64,000 nucleotides of DNA from positions 149,296,001 to 149,360,000 of the forward strand of contig NC_086100.1 in assembly GCF_963921235.1 (NCBI RefSeq). The letters run 5' to 3'. The notes below the pieces were generated by a model. The model did not search any database and had not been told where the DNA came from. It worked only from the letters and a program-made list of their open reading frames with translations. The translations under genes and the position numbers were made by a program. This document shows positions 62,752-64,000 of the stretch, in pieces (the stretch's first letter is position 1; every line of letters begins with the position of its first letter). This DNA is from Mobula hypostoma. Taxonomy: Eukaryota.

Positions 62752-64000
62752 GCAGTGCCTATAAAAAGTATTCACCCCCTTAGAAGTTTTCATGTTTTAT
62801 TGTTTAACAACATTAAATCACAGTGGATTTAATTTGATCTCTACAAAGTGATCTAAATTAATTACAAATATAAAACACAAAATAATTGATTGCATAAGTA
62901 TTCACCCCCTTCAAGTCAGTATTTAGTAGATGCACCTTTGTCAGCAAATACAGCCTTCAGTCTGTGTGGATAGGTCTCTGTCAGCCTTACACATCTGGAC
63001 ACTGCAATTTTTTCATATTCTTCTTTACAAAACTGCAAACTTTTCAAGTCCAGCTATAAATTCTCAACTGGAATTCTGACTTGGCCATTCCAGGGCATTA
63101 ACCTTTTTTGATTTTAAACCATTCCTTTGTAGTCTTGGCTTTATGCTTGGGGTCATTGTCTTGTTGGAAAACAGATCATCTCCCAAGTCACAGTTCTCTT
63201 GAGGACCGCATTAGGTTTTCCTCCAGGATTTCTCCTGGCCATTTAGTCCAATGGCCAAAAAGCTCAATTTTGGTTTCATCAGACCACAGAACCTTCTCCC
63301 AGCTGACTTTAGAGTCTCCCACATAACTTTTGAAACTCTAGCCAAGATTTCATGTGATTTTCTGTTTCCCCCAACAGTGGCTTTCTCTTTGCCACACTCA
63401 CATAAAGCTGCGACTGGTGAATCACCTGGGCAGCAGTTGCTGTATGTGCAGTCTCTCCCATCTCAGCTTCTGAAGCTTGTAACTCCTCCAGAGTTGTCAT
63501 AGGTCTCTTGGTGGCCTCCCTCACTTGTCAGTTCATTGGCTATATTTAAGAGGGAGTTAGATATGGCCCTTGTGGCTAAAGGGATCAAGGGGTATGGAGG
63601 GAAGGCTGGTGCAGGGTTCTGAGTTGGATGATCAGCCATGATCATACTGAATGGCGGTGCAGGCTCCAAGGGCCAAATGGCCTGCTCCTGCACCTATTTT
63701 CTATGTTTCTATGTTTCTATGTCCTCTTCTTGTACGGTCACTCAGTTTTTGAGCACGGCCAGATCTAGCCAGATTTACAGCTGTGTCATATTCTTTCCAT
63801 TTCTTGATGATTGACTTAACTGTACTCCAAGGGATATTCAGTGACTTCAAAATTTTCATTTCTCATTTCCTGACTTGTGCTTTTCAATAATCTTTTTCTG
63901 GAGTTGCTTGGAGTGTTCTTTTGTCTTCATGGTGTAGTTTTTGCCAGGATACTGACTCAACAGCAGTTGGACCTTCCAGATACAGGAGTATTTTTACAAC
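62752..64000 (-). mobile_element. Tc1 IR/DR transposon (second family), decayed, running off the window; CR1 3' end inserted at about 63528-63722
   Basis: End CAGTGCCTATAAAAGTATTCACCCCCT with the direct repeat aagtattcaccccct again near 62896. FQQDNDPKHK, WSDETKIE and REATKRPMTTLEELQ on the minus strand; (tttctatg)3 tail of the insert. Confidence 0.85.

Overview
Vertebrate genomic DNA, not prokaryotic. The repeat content (CR1 LINEs with (TTTCTATG)n tails, Rex1/L2-type LINEs, Penelope-like elements, tRNA SINEs) suggests a cartilaginous fish, probably a ray; this is inference. Two protein-coding genes converge tail-to-tail. On the + strand are the last five coding exons of CRMP1 (DPYSL1), 1991-11336. 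On the - strand are 16 consecutive in-phase exons of EVC (Ellis-van Creveld protein), 61711 down to 16603, 2377 nt in total. The first EVC exons lie beyond the window and its terminal exon(s) are unresolved. The same CRMP1/EVC arrangement exists on human 4p16. The introns are full of nested transposons: a Sleeping Beauty-type Tc1 element with two right ends interrupted by a Tigger/pogo element, a decayed full-length Gypsy element, two solo LTRs, several CR1s and Penelope-like elements. I cannot support a wholly new gene system. The best leads are (i) the Sleeping Beauty-like double-right-end element, (ii) fold-back elements derived from Penelope terminal repeats with minimal hammerhead ribozyme remnants, (iii) an inverted CR1 pair around two EVC exons, and (iv) a candidate in-frame EVC cassette exon. 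All homology calls come from remembered reference sequences, not database searches. Boundaries of old repeats are approximate.
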